Below, one piece after another: positions 9,895 to 20,427 of a stretch of DNA of 64,000 nucleotides. The DNA comes from an uncultured delta proteobacterium (GTDB lineage: Bacteria; Myxococcota_A; Polyangia; Polyangiales; Polyangiaceae), in the NCBI GenBank assembly GCA_963806225.1, contig CAWDXG010000004.1, forward strand, positions 4,352,001-4,416,000, written 5' to 3'. Numbering within the stretch: the first letter of the stretch is position 1; every line of letters begins with the position of its first letter. The notes under the pieces are model-generated. The model ran no database searches. It worked only from the letters and a program-made list of their open reading frames with translations, and was not told the DNA's origin. Both the position numbers and the translations under genes were made by a program.

Positions 9895-11295
9895 CTACTT
9901 CGGCGTGAGCTTCATGATGGTGCCGTCGGCTTGGTTGGCCCAGTAGACGCTGGTGGAGTCGACGGCGATGGCGCGCGCGGACTGCCCGGTGGCAAGCGTT
10001 GCCCAGGTCCCGCTGTAGGGCGTCCGCTTCTCCACCGTGCCGGCATCTGTTGTCCAGTAGAGACTGTTCGCGTTGACAGCGAGGCCCTCGAACTGCTCCG
10101 AGTAGTGTGAAGCGAAGGTCATGGGGATTCCGCCGCCGAGCTGAACCCCTTGCAAGGTGCCGTCCGCGGTAGTCCAGAAGACGCCAGTGTCATCCACGGC
10201 GAGTGCGTTGACGTGCACTATTCCCATGCTCCCGGGAACGAGGGCGGCCGGCGTCCCCCCGCCGAGCGGCACTTTCATCAAGCCGCTATCGGCGAAGGCG
10301 TTGACGGCGGTCCCCTCGTCCACGAAGTACGCGTTGTTGGCGTCGACCACGATCTCCCGCGGATAGCCCTGCCCCGAGGCGAGCGTCACCGGCGTACCTC
10401 CGGACAGGGGCGCGCTCATCACGCTGCCATCGGTGTAGTTGTTCGCTGCGGTACCGATGTCGGTCCAATAGACACGGGCGGAGTCGATAGCGAAGGCGTC
10501 CCAGGAGTCCGACCCCGAGACGAGCGTCACCGGCGTGCCGCCGGAGAGGGGCACGCTCATCACACTGGCGCCATTTCCACCGAGGACGCTGTCCAGCCAG
10601 TAGACGTTGGTCGCGTCGAGCGCGATACGCCGGGGGCAATCCTGGCCCGAGGCCAGGGTCACCGGTGTGCCGCCTCCCACCGCCACGGCGACCACGCTGC
10701 CGTTCGAGCCGGTGCAGTCCAGGTTGGTCCAGTAGACGTTCGTCCCATCGACGGCGATGGCATACGGCATGAGCTGCCCCGTCGCGAGCGTCACCAGGCA
10801 TCGCCCCGCGGTGCACTTCCCCGCGCAGCTCACGCCGCACCCGCCGCAGTTGTTCGCGTCGGTCTGCGTGTCGACGCATGCGCCGCTGCACACCGTGAGC
10901 GCACAGCCGGCGTCCGCCGTGCTGGTTCCTCCCGAGCCGCTGGTGCCGGCCGCGCCGCCCACGCCGCCTGCGTCCACACCGCCGCTTCCGCTCGTTCCAC
11001 CGGCATCGAGGCCGCCGCCGTCCGCGCCGCCGGTGCCGGCGCTTCCGCTGCTTCCGCCAATGCCCGCCGTGCCGGCTGTGCCCGCGACGCCGGCGCTTCC
11101 ACTGGTTGCGCCGCTGCCGGCCGTGCCCGCAACGCCCCCGGTGCCCGCGCTGGCGTCGCTCCCTGCTGCACCGCCGCGTCCACCGTTGCCTGCGGCACCA
11201 CGCGCGCTTTGCCCGCCACAACTCGACCCGGACACAGCAACCATGGCGAGTCCGGTTAACGTGACGAAGAGGCAGCTCCCCCGAGCCATACCCAT
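9895..11295 (-). CDS. Myxobacterial lipoprotein with Gly-rich linker, Cys-rich module and VYW-repeat beta-propeller (DUF5050-like)
   Basis: Probable start MGMARGS at 11295; CVDTQTDANNCGGCGVSC module; about 7 repeats of IAVD..NVYWT...GSVMSVPLSGGTPVTLASGQ. Confidence 0.8.
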   Translation of the reverse strand: MGMARGSCLFVTLTGLAMVAVSGSSCGGQSARGAAGNGGRGGAAGSDASAGTGGVAGTAGSGATSGSAGVAGTAGTAGIGGSSGSAGTGGADGGGLDAGGTSGSGGVDAGGVGGAAGTSGSGGTSTADAGCALTVCSGACVDTQTDANNCGGCGVSCAGKCTAGRCLVTLATGQLMPYAIAVDGTNVYWTNLDCTGSNGSVVAVAVGGGTPVTLASGQDCPRRIALDATNVYWLDSVLGGNGASVMSVPLSGGTPVTLVSGSDSWDAFAIDSARVYWTDIGTAANNYTDGSVMSAPLSGGTPVTLASGQGYPREIVVDANNAYFVDEGTAVNAFADSGLMKVPLGGGTPAALVPGSMGIVHVNALAVDDTGVFWTTADGTLQGVQLGGGIPMTFASHYSEQFEGLAVNANSLYWTTDAGTVEKRTPYSGTWATLATGQSARAIAVDSTSVYWANQADGTIMKLTPK

Positions 11296-11861
11296 GGAAA
11301 ATTCGTACCCGCCAACGCCACGAGCTGTCAACGCACGCGGCGGACGTGCACGCTCGCGGAGGGCTGGCGACGCAGCTGTGATTGCGCGACGATGTTGACG
11401 TGAGGCAACGCGCGGGGGTGCTGTGCTTGGTGCTGGTGCCAGCGGTCTACTCGTGCCGCCGCGCGCAGGCGCCCCCGCCTTCGCAGCGGAGTGTTGCCGA
11501 TCGCGGGCTCGCGGTAGGCTTCTGGCCCAGCGTTGCGGCCAGCCGCCGCTTTGCGGAGATGCGGCTCGGGGGCTACGATATCGATCCTGCTTCTGCGTCG
11601 ACGGGAGGGCGCGTCTTGCCGCAGACGTTGCGGACATCGGGGTTGGGGGTGTGTGCCGTGGTCGCCGTAGCGGCGGGGTGCCTGCTCGTCGGGTGCGTTC
11701 GCCCGAAGGGTTGCGTGGCGGGTTGCGGTGCGTCGACGGAAGCGTGCGCAGCGTGACACCGACGGATTGGCCTTCAACCGCTACGAAGTGGGCGGCAGTC
11801 GGCACCGACGACGGCCTGCGATCGTGGAGTGTAGCGACACGCCACCGTAGAGGTCGCGTGG

Positions 11862-11957
11862 GGCCCCCGGCCGGGAGTATGGGGTGGCCTTGGCGGGCCC
11901 GCGTCCGCGCGAAGCGCGGCGCGACGTGGAGCGACGCGCAGCGTGGGGGGCAGCCCC
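11862..11957. repeat. Dispersed GC-rich palindromic (REP-like) element, copy 2
   Basis: Same conserved blocks as 5622-5722 with variable spacers. Confidence 0.65.
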
Positions 11958-12077
11958 TTTCGTTCGGAACCCGAGCGGAGCGACGGCGCACGCGAGGGCG
12001 TCGGTCCCCGGGTGTGTGCTTGCGCATGCGCCTTCGAAAGAGCCGGGGTAGGTCCGACGACTTTGTCTCGGCTGGTA

Positions 12078-12106
12078 CTTGACACGTGTTCAGTAGTCAT
12101 TAGGAT
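12078..12106 (+). promoter_or_regulatory. Sigma70-type promoter overlapped by a putative LexA box
   Basis: TTGACA (12079-84), 16-nt spacer, TAGGAT (12101-06). CTTGACACGTGTTCAG (12078-93) resembles the Myxococcus LexA consensus CTRHAMRYBYGTTCAG. Confidence 0.55.
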
Positions 12107-12167
12107 ACCTGCATGTTTTCTGCTGCAGCCGTGGCTTGGACGCGGCCGGGCGGGGGTGCGCGGTTCG

Positions 12168-12335
12168 CCAGATGTCCGCCGGCTCGACGCGGCTCGGCGT
12201 CGCGAGCCAGATGTCCGCCGGCTCGGCGCGGCTCGGCGCGGCTCGGCGTGGCGGGACAGATGTCCGCCAACTCGACGCGGCTCGGCGCAGCTCGGCGTCG
12301 CGAGCCAGATGTCCGCCAACTCGGCGCGGCTCGCG
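12168..12335. repeat. Composite tandem repeat: 4 x CAGATGTCCGCC separated by 10-bp GGCTCGGCGC-type modules
   Basis: Units start at about 12168, 12207, 12256 and 12305 (periods 39, 49, 49). Confidence 0.85.
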
Positions 12336-12841
12336 GTCGATGGGCGGCGGCGGACGGCATGTGCCTCGCACCCTTGTCGCGAACGCCAGTAGGGGCCGCG
12401 CGCGGGACTGCGCGGCGCGGCTCCACATGGAACAGGGAGGCGTGAACCAGCTCGAGACGAAGATCGCCAACTAGCAGAGCATCCGGTGCGCCCGGGGCGG
12501 CGGACGCCGCAACAGCTGCGCGTTGCGGCATGGCGCGCCCGCCCCGGACTATCGCCGCGGGCGGGCGCGGCCTTGGCGTCTTTCCCTGTGGCTAGTCGTC
12601 GTCCTTGTCGCGCTGGCAATGACAGTCGGATGTTCAGTGTGGAAGCAAGCAGGTCCTGGTTCCCCCGCGCCCAGGCTCAACCGCGAGAACGCTCGCTGTC
12701 CCGAACGTCCAGCCGGGAGTCGGCGTCGAGCGCGAAGCGGAGCACGTCGAGCAGGACTTCCTTCTGGTCCGCCTGCTTCGTCCTGCTGCAGATGCGCCGC
12801 CAGTGCTCGTGGACCCGCTGCCCGACGGCGAGCGCCGCGCC

Positions 12842-14050
12842 TTACGGCTCGCGGTAGAAGCGCGGTACGCGACGCGACACGTTGGTCAGGACCTCCCAGG
12901 GGATGGTCCCGAGCGCGTCGGCGATCTCCGTGGCGCGGATGATGTCGTGGCCGAGCGGACCTTTCTGTTCGCCCATCACCACGGCTTCGTCGCCTACGCG
13001 CACGTCGTCGATTTCCGTCACGTCCAGCATGGTCATGTCCATGCTCACCACGCCCGCGATGGGGGCGCGCCGGCCGCGCACGAGCATGTAGCCGCGGTTG
13101 GACAGCGCGCGGCTCAGGCCATCGGCGTAGCCCATGGGAACGGTGGCGATGCGCGAGCGGCGCTCGGCCGTCCAGGTGGCGCCGTAGCCCACCGACTGCC
13201 CGGGCTCGATCTCGCGCACGGAGATGACCTGGCTCTTGACGCACATCACGGGTCGGAGTTCCGGCGCGATGCGGGTCGTCGGATCCACGCCGAAGAGCGC
13301 CACGCCCGGGCGCACCATGTCGAGTCGCGCGCGCGGGCTCGAGAGCAGCGCCGCGCTGTTGGCGGCGTGCTTCACGCGCGGCTCGAGCCCCATCGCGCGC
13401 AGGCTGCCCAGCGCCTGGTCGAACAGATCCATCTGCTGGTCGATGGACGCGGCGTCGCGCTCGGCGCACGCGAAGTGGGTCATCAGACCGTCGAGCTCGA
13501 CCTCGGGGAAGCGCGCGAGCGCCGCGGCCATTTCTGCCACGTCGCGCGGCATGCTGCCGAGCCGGGACATGCCGGTGTCGATCTTCAGGTGCGCGCGGAT
13601 CGGCTCGGAGCCGGAGTAGCGCACCTCTTCGGCCAGCGCCTCGATCTGGCCGGCGTCGTAGACGACGGGCGTCAGGTTGTGCCGGAGCAGCTCGCTCCAG
13701 GCGCGGCCGTAGTAGCCGCCCATGACCAGGATCGGCGCCTTGATGCCGGCGTCACGCAGCTCGATGCCTTCCTCGAGGAGCGCGACGCACACGCCGTTGG
13801 CGCCGGCGCGCTCCAGCGTGCGGGCAACGGCCTTGGCGCCGTGGCCGTAGCCGTCGGCCTTCAGCACGCTCCACACCTCGGCGCCGCCCGCCATGCGCTG
13901 CAGCACCCGGAGGTTGTGGCGGAGGTTGGCCAGGTTGACCTCGGCGCGGGTCGGCCGGACCGCGTCGGAAGGCACCGCCCGCTGCGGCCTGAGTACCCGC
14001 GGCAGGGGAGTCGCGAGGGAGGGCGGCAGAGCGGAGTGCTGGAGGGTCAT
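12842..14050 (-). CDS. alr: Alanine racemase
   Basis: VLKADGYGHG (PLP lysine), HLKIDTGMSRLG, VGYGATW, GYADG, VSMD. Confidence 0.97.
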   Translation of the reverse strand: MTLQHSALPPSLATPLPRVLRPQRAVPSDAVRPTRAEVNLANLRHNLRVLQRMAGGAEVWSVLKADGYGHGAKAVARTLERAGANGVCVALLEEGIELRDAGIKAPILVMGGYYGRAWSELLRHNLTPVVYDAGQIEALAEEVRYSGSEPIRAHLKIDTGMSRLGSMPRDVAEMAAALARFPEVELDGLMTHFACAERDAASIDQQMDLFDQALGSLRAMGLEPRVKHAANSAALLSSPRARLDMVRPGVALFGVDPTTRIAPELRPVMCVKSQVISVREIEPGQSVGYGATWTAERRSRIATVPMGYADGLSRALSNRGYMLVRGRRAPIAGVVSMDMTMLDVTEIDDVRVGDEAVVMGEQKGPLGHDIIRATEIADALGTIPWEVLTNVSRRVPRFYREP

Positions 14051-14131
14051 CGCTGTAGCCTATTTCGGTAGTCCCGCTTCCATCGGCGCGTCAACTATCC
14101 GGGGATTCGTCCGCAGCCAGAACCGGGCAGC

Positions 14132-14788
14132 TTACTTGAAACAACGCCGCATGCACTTGCGGTAGTCCGCGCGGCAGGTCTTGCACTGCTTCTTCCGTGC
14201 GGCCTCCGCTTTGCGGGCTTTCTTGTCCAGATGGGCCGCCTTTCCGCCATCTTTGCTGCCGGCCGGCGGGCTGCACGAGTCGGCGCAGCTGTCCCAGGCA
14301 TCGTCACAACTGTTGCTGCATTCGCCGTCGGGGCGCTCGGGCGGCTCGTCGTTGTCCTCTAGCGAGGCGTCGGGGGGGCCGGCGTCGCTCGTGCCGGGCG
14401 CCGGTGCCGTCGGAGGCGGCGGCGCGTGCAGGCTCGTCGGGATGGGCGCTTCGGACGGGGCAACTGGCGGTTTTGCCAGGAGCTTGTCGGGTGTCGCCTC
14501 GAGCACGGGGCGCCGGAAGTCACCCGAAGCGAGCGCGCGGATCCGCCGCTGGGCGTATTCGACGCGGTCGCGAGTCTGGCCGTAGGTGTAGGTCTCCTTC
14601 CACTCCTTCCAGCAGGCCTCGCGGTGGGTCGGCGCGATGTGCGGATCGATGTCGAGCCGGTAGCAATGCTCGAACCGGACGTTTCCCTCGTAGATCGACT
14701 GCACGCTCGGCCCGCAGCCAGCGGACAACGCCGCGCACGGGCCCAGGAAAACCAGGACGGAGACAAGTCGGGCCACGGGGCAGGGCAA
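14132..14788 (-). CDS. Hypothetical Cys-rich lipoprotein
   Basis: Lipobox [18 protein letters not shown] domain, Pro-rich linker, C-terminal Cys-rich domain. Confidence 0.7.
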   Translation of the reverse strand: MPCPVARLVSVLVFLGPCAALSAGCGPSVQSIYEGNVRFEHCYRLDIDPHIAPTHREACWKEWKETYTYGQTRDRVEYAQRRIRALASGDFRRPVLEATPDKLLAKPPVAPSEAPIPTSLHAPPPPTAPAPGTSDAGPPDASLEDNDEPPERPDGECSNSCDDAWDSCADSCSPPAGSKDGGKAAHLDKKARKAEAARKKQCKTCRADYRKCMRRCFK

Positions 14789-14838
14789 GCGTGCCGGCTT
14801 TTGTGCGGCCCGGCAAGCGACGGTGCTATGTGAACGGC

Positions 14839-15537
14839 ATGTTCACGGGCCTGGTGGAAGGCACGGGGAAGTTGCGCGGCCGCTCCCGGCGCGGGCCGGG
14901 CTACCGCCTCGACATCGCGACGGATCTGGGGCCGCTCGAGCTGGGCGAGTCGATCGCCGTGAGCGGCGCCTGCCTGACCGTCGCGGCCATGACCCACGGC
15001 GCGTTCGAAGCCGACGTCTCGCTGGAGACCGCGGACAAGACCACGCTCGGCCGGGTCGCGCCGGGCAGCGCGCTGAACCTCGAGCGCTCGCTCCGGCTGG
15101 GCGACAGGCTCGGTGGTCATCTGGTCAGTGGTCACGTGGACGGCGTGGCTGTCGTGCGCTCGGTGAGCGCGGTCGGCGAGGCCCAGCGCGTGGTGGTGGC
15201 CGCGCCGGTGGAGCTGTCGCCGTTCATCGCGGCGAAGGGCTCGGTTACGCTCGACGGCGTGTCGCTCACCGTCAACGCCGTCGACGGCGCCGGGCTCGAG
15301 ATCATGCTGATCCCGCACACGCAGGAGGTCACGAACCTGGGCCGGCTCGCTCCAGGCACCGAGATGAATCTGGAAGTGGATCTCCTGGCGCGCTACGTCG
15401 TGCACTACCTGCAGGCCGCCGGCGGCGGATCGGGTCAGGGCGGCAGCTCCACCCCTGGTGGCGGCGCGCCTGGATCCGGTGGTGGCTCCACGCTGAAGGC
15501 CGCGCTCGAACGCGCCGGCCTGCTCCGGGAACCCTGA
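14839..15537 (+). CDS. ribE: Riboflavin synthase (alpha chain)
   Basis: N-terminal [46 protein letters not shown]. Called ribC in E. coli nomenclature. Confidence 0.97.
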   Translation: MFTGLVEGTGKLRGRSRRGPGYRLDIATDLGPLELGESIAVSGACLTVAAMTHGAFEADVSLETADKTTLGRVAPGSALNLERSLRLGDRLGGHLVSGHVDGVAVVRSVSAVGEAQRVVVAAPVELSPFIAAKGSVTLDGVSLTVNAVDGAGLEIMLIPHTQEVTNLGRLAPGTEMNLEVDLLARYVVHYLQAAGGGSGQGGSSTPGGGAPGSGGGSTLKAALERAGLLREP

Positions 15538-15538
15538 G

Positions 15539-16768
15539 ATGCCGAAACCCAGCCCCAGCATTCCGCCGCGTCCTCTCGACATCCAGCCCGCGCTGCTCGA
15601 GCGGATGCAGGCGGCCATCGACGACATCCGCCAGGGCCGCATGGTGATCCTGGTCGACGACGAGGATCGCGAGAACGAAGGCGACCTGACGATGGCTGCC
15701 AGCGCCGTCACGCCCGAGGCCATCAACTTCATGGCCAAGTTCGGCCGCGGGCTGATCTGCGTGACGATGACCGAAGCGCAGGTCGACCGCCTCGAGCTGC
15801 CGATGATGACCGCGCCCAAGGGCGGCAGAGCGCCGCTCGGCACCGCGTTCACTGTCAGTATCGAAGCGCGCGACGGCGTGACCACCGGCATCAGCGCCGC
15901 CGATCGCGCCCGCACCATCCAGGTCGCGATCGATCCCGACGTGCAGCCCGAGGATCTGGTCACGCCCGGCCACGTCTTTCCGCTGCGCGCGCGCCGCGGT
16001 GGCGTGCTGGTGCGCGCCGGGCAGACCGAGGGCTCGGTCGATCTGGCGCGGCTCGCCGGCCTCGCCCCCGCCGGCGTGATCTGCGAGATCATGAACGACG
16101 ACGGCTCCATGGCGCGCATGCCCGATCTCGAGCGCTTCGCCGAGGAGCACTCGCTGCGCATCGTCACCATCGCCGATCTCATCGCCTACCGGCTACAGAC
16201 CGAGAAGCTGGTGCGCCGCCTCGACGAGCACGACATCGTGCTCGACCAGACCGGCACGTCCTGGCACGCCATCGTCTACGAAGCCACGCTCGAGCACCGC
16301 CAGTTCCTGGCGCTGGTCAAGGGCGAGCCCTGCGGCAACGAGGCCACGCTCTGCCGCATGCACAGCGGCTCCACGCTAGCCGACACCTTCGCCTCCACGC
16401 GGCGCGAAGGCGGGAAGAACCTGCAGTTCGCCATCGACCGCATCGAGCAGGAGGGCCGCGGTGTGGTGGTGTACCTGCCGCCGAAGGGCGACCTGCGCCA
16501 CGAGCTCGCGACGCTCAAGGAGCTGGCCGACGAGGAAAAGAGCTCGCCCGTCGCCAGCGCCGAGCTGAAGAGCTCGCCGGCCGCCACCGACGCCGGCCTG
16601 ACCCGCCCCCACGGCGGCACGCTCCGCGAGTACGGCCTCGGAGCGCAGGTGCTGCGGGAGCTGGGGCTCCACCGGATCCGCTTGATTACCAGCAATCCGC
16701 GCAAGATCGCCGGCATCCACGGCTACGGTCTGGACGTGGTGGAGAGCGTGCCTCTGGCTCCCGCATAG
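15539..16768 (+). CDS. ribB: DHBP synthase fused to a degenerate GTP cyclohydrolase II-like domain (RibBX type)
   Basis: [41 protein letters not shown]. The C-terminal domain lacks the Zn-binding Cys ([20 protein letters not shown]). Confidence 0.93.
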   Translation: MPKPSPSIPPRPLDIQPALLERMQAAIDDIRQGRMVILVDDEDRENEGDLTMAASAVTPEAINFMAKFGRGLICVTMTEAQVDRLELPMMTAPKGGRAPLGTAFTVSIEARDGVTTGISAADRARTIQVAIDPDVQPEDLVTPGHVFPLRARRGGVLVRAGQTEGSVDLARLAGLAPAGVICEIMNDDGSMARMPDLERFAEEHSLRIVTIADLIAYRLQTEKLVRRLDEHDIVLDQTGTSWHAIVYEATLEHRQFLALVKGEPCGNEATLCRMHSGSTLADTFASTRREGGKNLQFAIDRIEQEGRGVVVYLPPKGDLRHELATLKELADEEKSSPVASAELKSSPAATDAGLTRPHGGTLREYGLGAQVLRELGLHRIRLITSNPRKIAGIHGYGLDVVESVPLAPA

Positions 16769-16791
16769 GCTTTTCGAATACCGTAGGCGCG

Positions 16792-17286
<495 letters not shown>

Positions 17287-17299
17287 CGGAGCGAACGAC

Positions 17300-17845
17300 G
17301 TGAAGCGCGCGCTCTCCGCGGCGCTCGCGGCCGCGCTGTTCGCCGCGTGCGCCGGGACGCATCCGATAGCGCCGCCGCCGCCCGCGCGCCCCGCGCCCAG
17401 CGCGCGCCCTGCCGAGCCCCCGCCGGCCAATCTCACCGCCACTACCGGCTTCGGCTGCGAGCACGACTGCCAGGGTAGCGTCGACGCCGCACTCTCCGCC
17501 GCGCTGCGCGAGCGCGCCCTGGCTGCCAGGCGCTGCTACGAGACGGCGCTGAAGAGAGATGCGTCGCTACGTGGAAAGGTCGTGCTCGGCCTGCAGCTGT
17601 CCGATGACGGCTCCGTCTGCGCCAGCCGCATCGTGCAGGACACCTTGAAGAACCCCGACGCCGTCGGCTGCATCCAGAACCTGTTCCTCGGCGCCCGCTT
17701 CCCCGCGCCCGGCGGCGGCTGCGTCAACGTCGCCCTGCCGCTGGTCTTCACGGTAGGCGACGCCGGCGCGCCGCCCGACGCGGCGCCGCCCGATTCCGGC
17801 GCACCCGGAAGCGACGCCGCGTCGCCCCAGCCAGCCCAACCATGA
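17300..17845 (+). CDS. Lipoprotein with AgmX/PglI C-terminal (TonB-C-like) domain
   Basis: Lipobox FAAC; RRCYETALKRDASLRGKV...VGCI...FPAPGGG...PLVF. Confidence 0.75.
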   Translation: MKRALSAALAAALFAACAGTHPIAPPPPARPAPSARPAEPPPANLTATTGFGCEHDCQGSVDAALSAALRERALAARRCYETALKRDASLRGKVVLGLQLSDDGSVCASRIVQDTLKNPDAVGCIQNLFLGARFPAPGGGCVNVALPLVFTVGDAGAPPDAAPPDSGAPGSDAASPQPAQP

Positions 17846-18933
17846 GCGCATCCGAAGACCTCGAGGTCGCGCTCGACCGCGCCGACCGCAGCTACAGCGC
17901 CGGTGAGACCGTCAGCGGCAACGTGCTGATCCACCCCGGCAAGGACCTGCACTGCCGCCTGCGGCTTTCGTGGTGCTGGTACGCCATCGCCGAGGACGCA
18001 CTGGACGACGACGGCGAGCCGCAATCGATCGTACTCGCCGGGGAGCTCGACTGCGCCGCCGGCGAGCGCCGCACGTTTCCCTTCTCGTTCGAAGCGCCGC
18101 GCTCGCCCGCCAGCTACGCGGGCACCCACTTCAACGTCGGCTGGTCCGTGGTCGCCACGGCGGAAGGCTCCGGCCGCCACAAGGACCCCGTCGCCGGCAG
18201 CGGCTTCATCCTGAAGGCAGCCGGCGCGCCCTACGACAGCAGCTACTACGACGCGACGCCACTGGCCGAACCGGGCGCGCAGCTCGAGCCCGATACCACC
18301 AATCCGGGCAGCAAGCGCGGCTCCGTCGGCTGCTTCCTGGTCGTCATCGCCGCCGCGCTCGTCACGCTCGCCTACCTGGTGCGCGCCATCCTGGCCGCGA
18401 CCGATCAGGTGACGCAGCTGACCGACGGCATGTACGCGCTGTTCGCCGGCGGTCTCGCCGTCGGCTGCGCGCTCGGCCTGCGTACGATCCTGCGCCGCTA
18501 CGCCACCACCGCCGCCATTGGCCATGTGGAAGTAAGCGTCCCCGATCGCGCCGCGCCCGGCGCGCCGCTGCACTGCCGAATCCATCTGCCTGTCCGCGAG
18601 CCCATCGAGCTGAAGCACGTGCTCTCGCGCCTCGAAGTCGAGGAGCGCACGCTCGCGCGCACCGTGAACGTGAAGAGCGACAGCGGCGAAAGCCATGTGC
18701 GCGGCCGCTGGACCGTGCAGAAGGACGAGCACATCTTCGCCGGCACACCCGGTCGAAAGCTCGCCGGCGACACCACGCTCGAAGAAGACATCCCCATCCC
18801 CGCCGATCTGCCGCTGTCCTTCTACGCGCCGCACAACACCCTGCACGTGCGCCTCGTCCTGCACATCGCCGACCAGAGCGGCCGCGTCGACTGGACCAGC
18901 CAGCACACGCTTCTGGTCACGCCGGGCGCCTGA
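17842..18933 (+). CDS. Membrane protein with two arrestin/SpoOM-like beta-sandwich domains
   Basis: YSAGETVSGNV...FPFSFEAPRSPASYAG..FNVGW, two transmembrane helices, then a second similar domain (IPIPADLPLSFYAPHNTLHV). Confidence 0.55.
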   Translation: MSASEDLEVALDRADRSYSAGETVSGNVLIHPGKDLHCRLRLSWCWYAIAEDALDDDGEPQSIVLAGELDCAAGERRTFPFSFEAPRSPASYAGTHFNVGWSVVATAEGSGRHKDPVAGSGFILKAAGAPYDSSYYDATPLAEPGAQLEPDTTNPGSKRGSVGCFLVVIAAALVTLAYLVRAILAATDQVTQLTDGMYALFAGGLAVGCALGLRTILRRYATTAAIGHVEVSVPDRAAPGAPLHCRIHLPVREPIELKHVLSRLEVEERTLARTVNVKSDSGESHVRGRWTVQKDEHIFAGTPGRKLAGDTTLEEDIPIPADLPLSFYAPHNTLHVRLVLHIADQSGRVDWTSQHTLLVTPGA

Positions 18934-19062
18934 GCGCACACGGCTGGGCGCCCGTCCCGGTCCGTCGCTGCTCCACCTTGCCGCAGGATGTCGCGCCCCC
19001 GCCGCGCTCGATGCAGGCAGGCCTTGCGCGCCCGGCGGTTCGCCTCCACGATTCGCGCCGAT

Positions 19063-19524
19063 ATGGGTGCCCGGACCACAGCCCGCGAGGCGGCTCTGCA
19101 GATGCTCTACGCTCTCGAAGCGGGTGGGGCGCCGTCCGAGCAGGTGATTCGTGACTTCTGGCGCGAGCTGCCCGGCGACGCCGAGGGGCGCGCGTACGCC
19201 GACGAGATCGTGCGCGGCGTCCACTCCGAGCTGGAGCAGACGGACGAGCGCATCCGGGCGGCGAGCCGCAACTGGCGGCTCGAGCGCATGACGCGTGTCG
19301 ACCGCAACCTGCTCAGGATCGGTGCCTGGGAGCTGCTCCGACGCCCCGACGTGCCGCGTGCCGTGATCCTCGACGAGGCGGTGGAGCTCGCCAAGCGCTA
19401 CGGCGCCTCGGAGAGCAGCGCGTTCGTCAACGGGGTGCTCGATCGCATCGCCGACGACTGCGGACGCGCCGACGGCGACGGCGGGCCGGATGGGTCGACC
19501 GAGGGGAGCCAGAAGACCGGCTGA
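19063..19524 (+). CDS. nusB: Transcription antitermination factor NusB
   Basis: AREAALQMLY, NWRLERMTRVDRNLLR, ILDEAVELAKRY, FVNGVLD; located downstream of ribH. Confidence 0.96.
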   Translation: MGARTTAREAALQMLYALEAGGAPSEQVIRDFWRELPGDAEGRAYADEIVRGVHSELEQTDERIRAASRNWRLERMTRVDRNLLRIGAWELLRRPDVPRAVILDEAVELAKRYGASESSAFVNGVLDRIADDCGRADGDGGPDGSTEGSQKTG

Positions 19525-19527
19525 TCG

Positions 19528-20043
19528 ATGGATCTGCGCTTCACGACTCCGCATCTGCGCAAGCTCGACCTGGCCGGCACCGAGGTGCTCGTGGCGACGC
19601 TCGCGAGCGACGAGCGCCCGCCGCAGGGCGTGGCAGGGCTCGCGGACTGGCGGTTGGCCGGGCGCATTTCGCGCATCATCGAGTCGGGGTTTGCCACCGG
19701 CGAGGTCGGCGAGGTGCTGCTGGTGCCCGGCAAGCCGAAGCTGCCGTTCGACAAGATCGTGCTGTTCGGTGTCGGCGCTCGCGCGGCGTTCAACGAGCGC
19801 GTGTTCCGTTCGGTGGTCGAGCGCATGCTGGCGACGCTGGAAGGGTTGCGCGCGCGCACCGCCGTGGTCGAGTTGCCGGGGCGGCATTTCGGCGCGATAG
19901 CGCCGGAGCGCGCAGCGGACGTGCTGCTGGAGAGCGTGGGTGGCCGGCAGGAACACGACGTGTGGACGCTGGTCGAGCCGCTCGAGGCGCAGCGTTCCAT
20001 CACGCAACACATGATCCAGGAACGCCGGCGCGTACGGCGCTGA
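19528..20043 (+). CDS. Stand-alone M17 leucyl aminopeptidase N-terminal-like domain protein
   Basis: DERPPQGVAGLADWRLAGRISR..F.GEVGEVLL...KIVLFGVG; no catalytic domain. Confidence 0.7.
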   Translation: MDLRFTTPHLRKLDLAGTEVLVATLASDERPPQGVAGLADWRLAGRISRIIESGFATGEVGEVLLVPGKPKLPFDKIVLFGVGARAAFNERVFRSVVERMLATLEGLRARTAVVELPGRHFGAIAPERAADVLLESVGGRQEHDVWTLVEPLEAQRSITQHMIQERRRVRR

Positions 20044-20106
20044 CAGGGCGGAAAAAAAGTTCCCGCTGGCATGCTCCATGCCGTGCGTGCGGCGTTACCC
20101 TGGGGC

Positions 20107-20406
20107 ATGACTGAAGACCTCCAGGCATTCGATCGGGTTTCGCACCCGACCCTCGAGCGCATCCGGAAGATGTACTTCTGGGCCCATCTATTCGCCGACT
20201 TCGCAGCGGGACTGTTGTTCGTGGTCGGCAGCTGGCTGTTCTTCAGCGAAAGCACCGTCTACACGGCAACGTGGATGTTCCTGGTAGGCAGCGTGTTCTT
20301 CGCTATCCAGCCCACCATCCGCCTCGTTCACGAGATCCACCGCCGCCACATCCTGCGAGAGCTTGCGGAGGCGGTGGAGGATGCGGTCGTGCCGACCGGA
20401 AGCTGA
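20107..20406 (+). CDS. YrhK-like small membrane protein
   Basis: DFAAGLLFVVGSWLFF...TWMFLVGSVFFAIQPTIRL. Confidence 0.75.
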   Translation: MTEDLQAFDRVSHPTLERIRKMYFWAHLFADFAAGLLFVVGSWLFFSESTVYTATWMFLVGSVFFAIQPTIRLVHEIHRRHILRELAEAVEDAVVPTGS

Positions 20407-20427
20407 GGCTTTCCGGTCGGTGCCGCG

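Noticed and set aside
11300..11860. Possible short lipoprotein ORFs
   Set aside because: No consistent frame, RBS or motif; probably decayed sequence.
12168..12335. Possible CRISPR array
   Set aside because: The repeat is only 12-13 bp, the spacers are repetitive 10-mers, and there are no cas genes in the window.
14789..14838. FMN riboswitch upstream of the rib operon
   Set aside because: The intergenic gap is only about 50 bp and has no RFN motifs.
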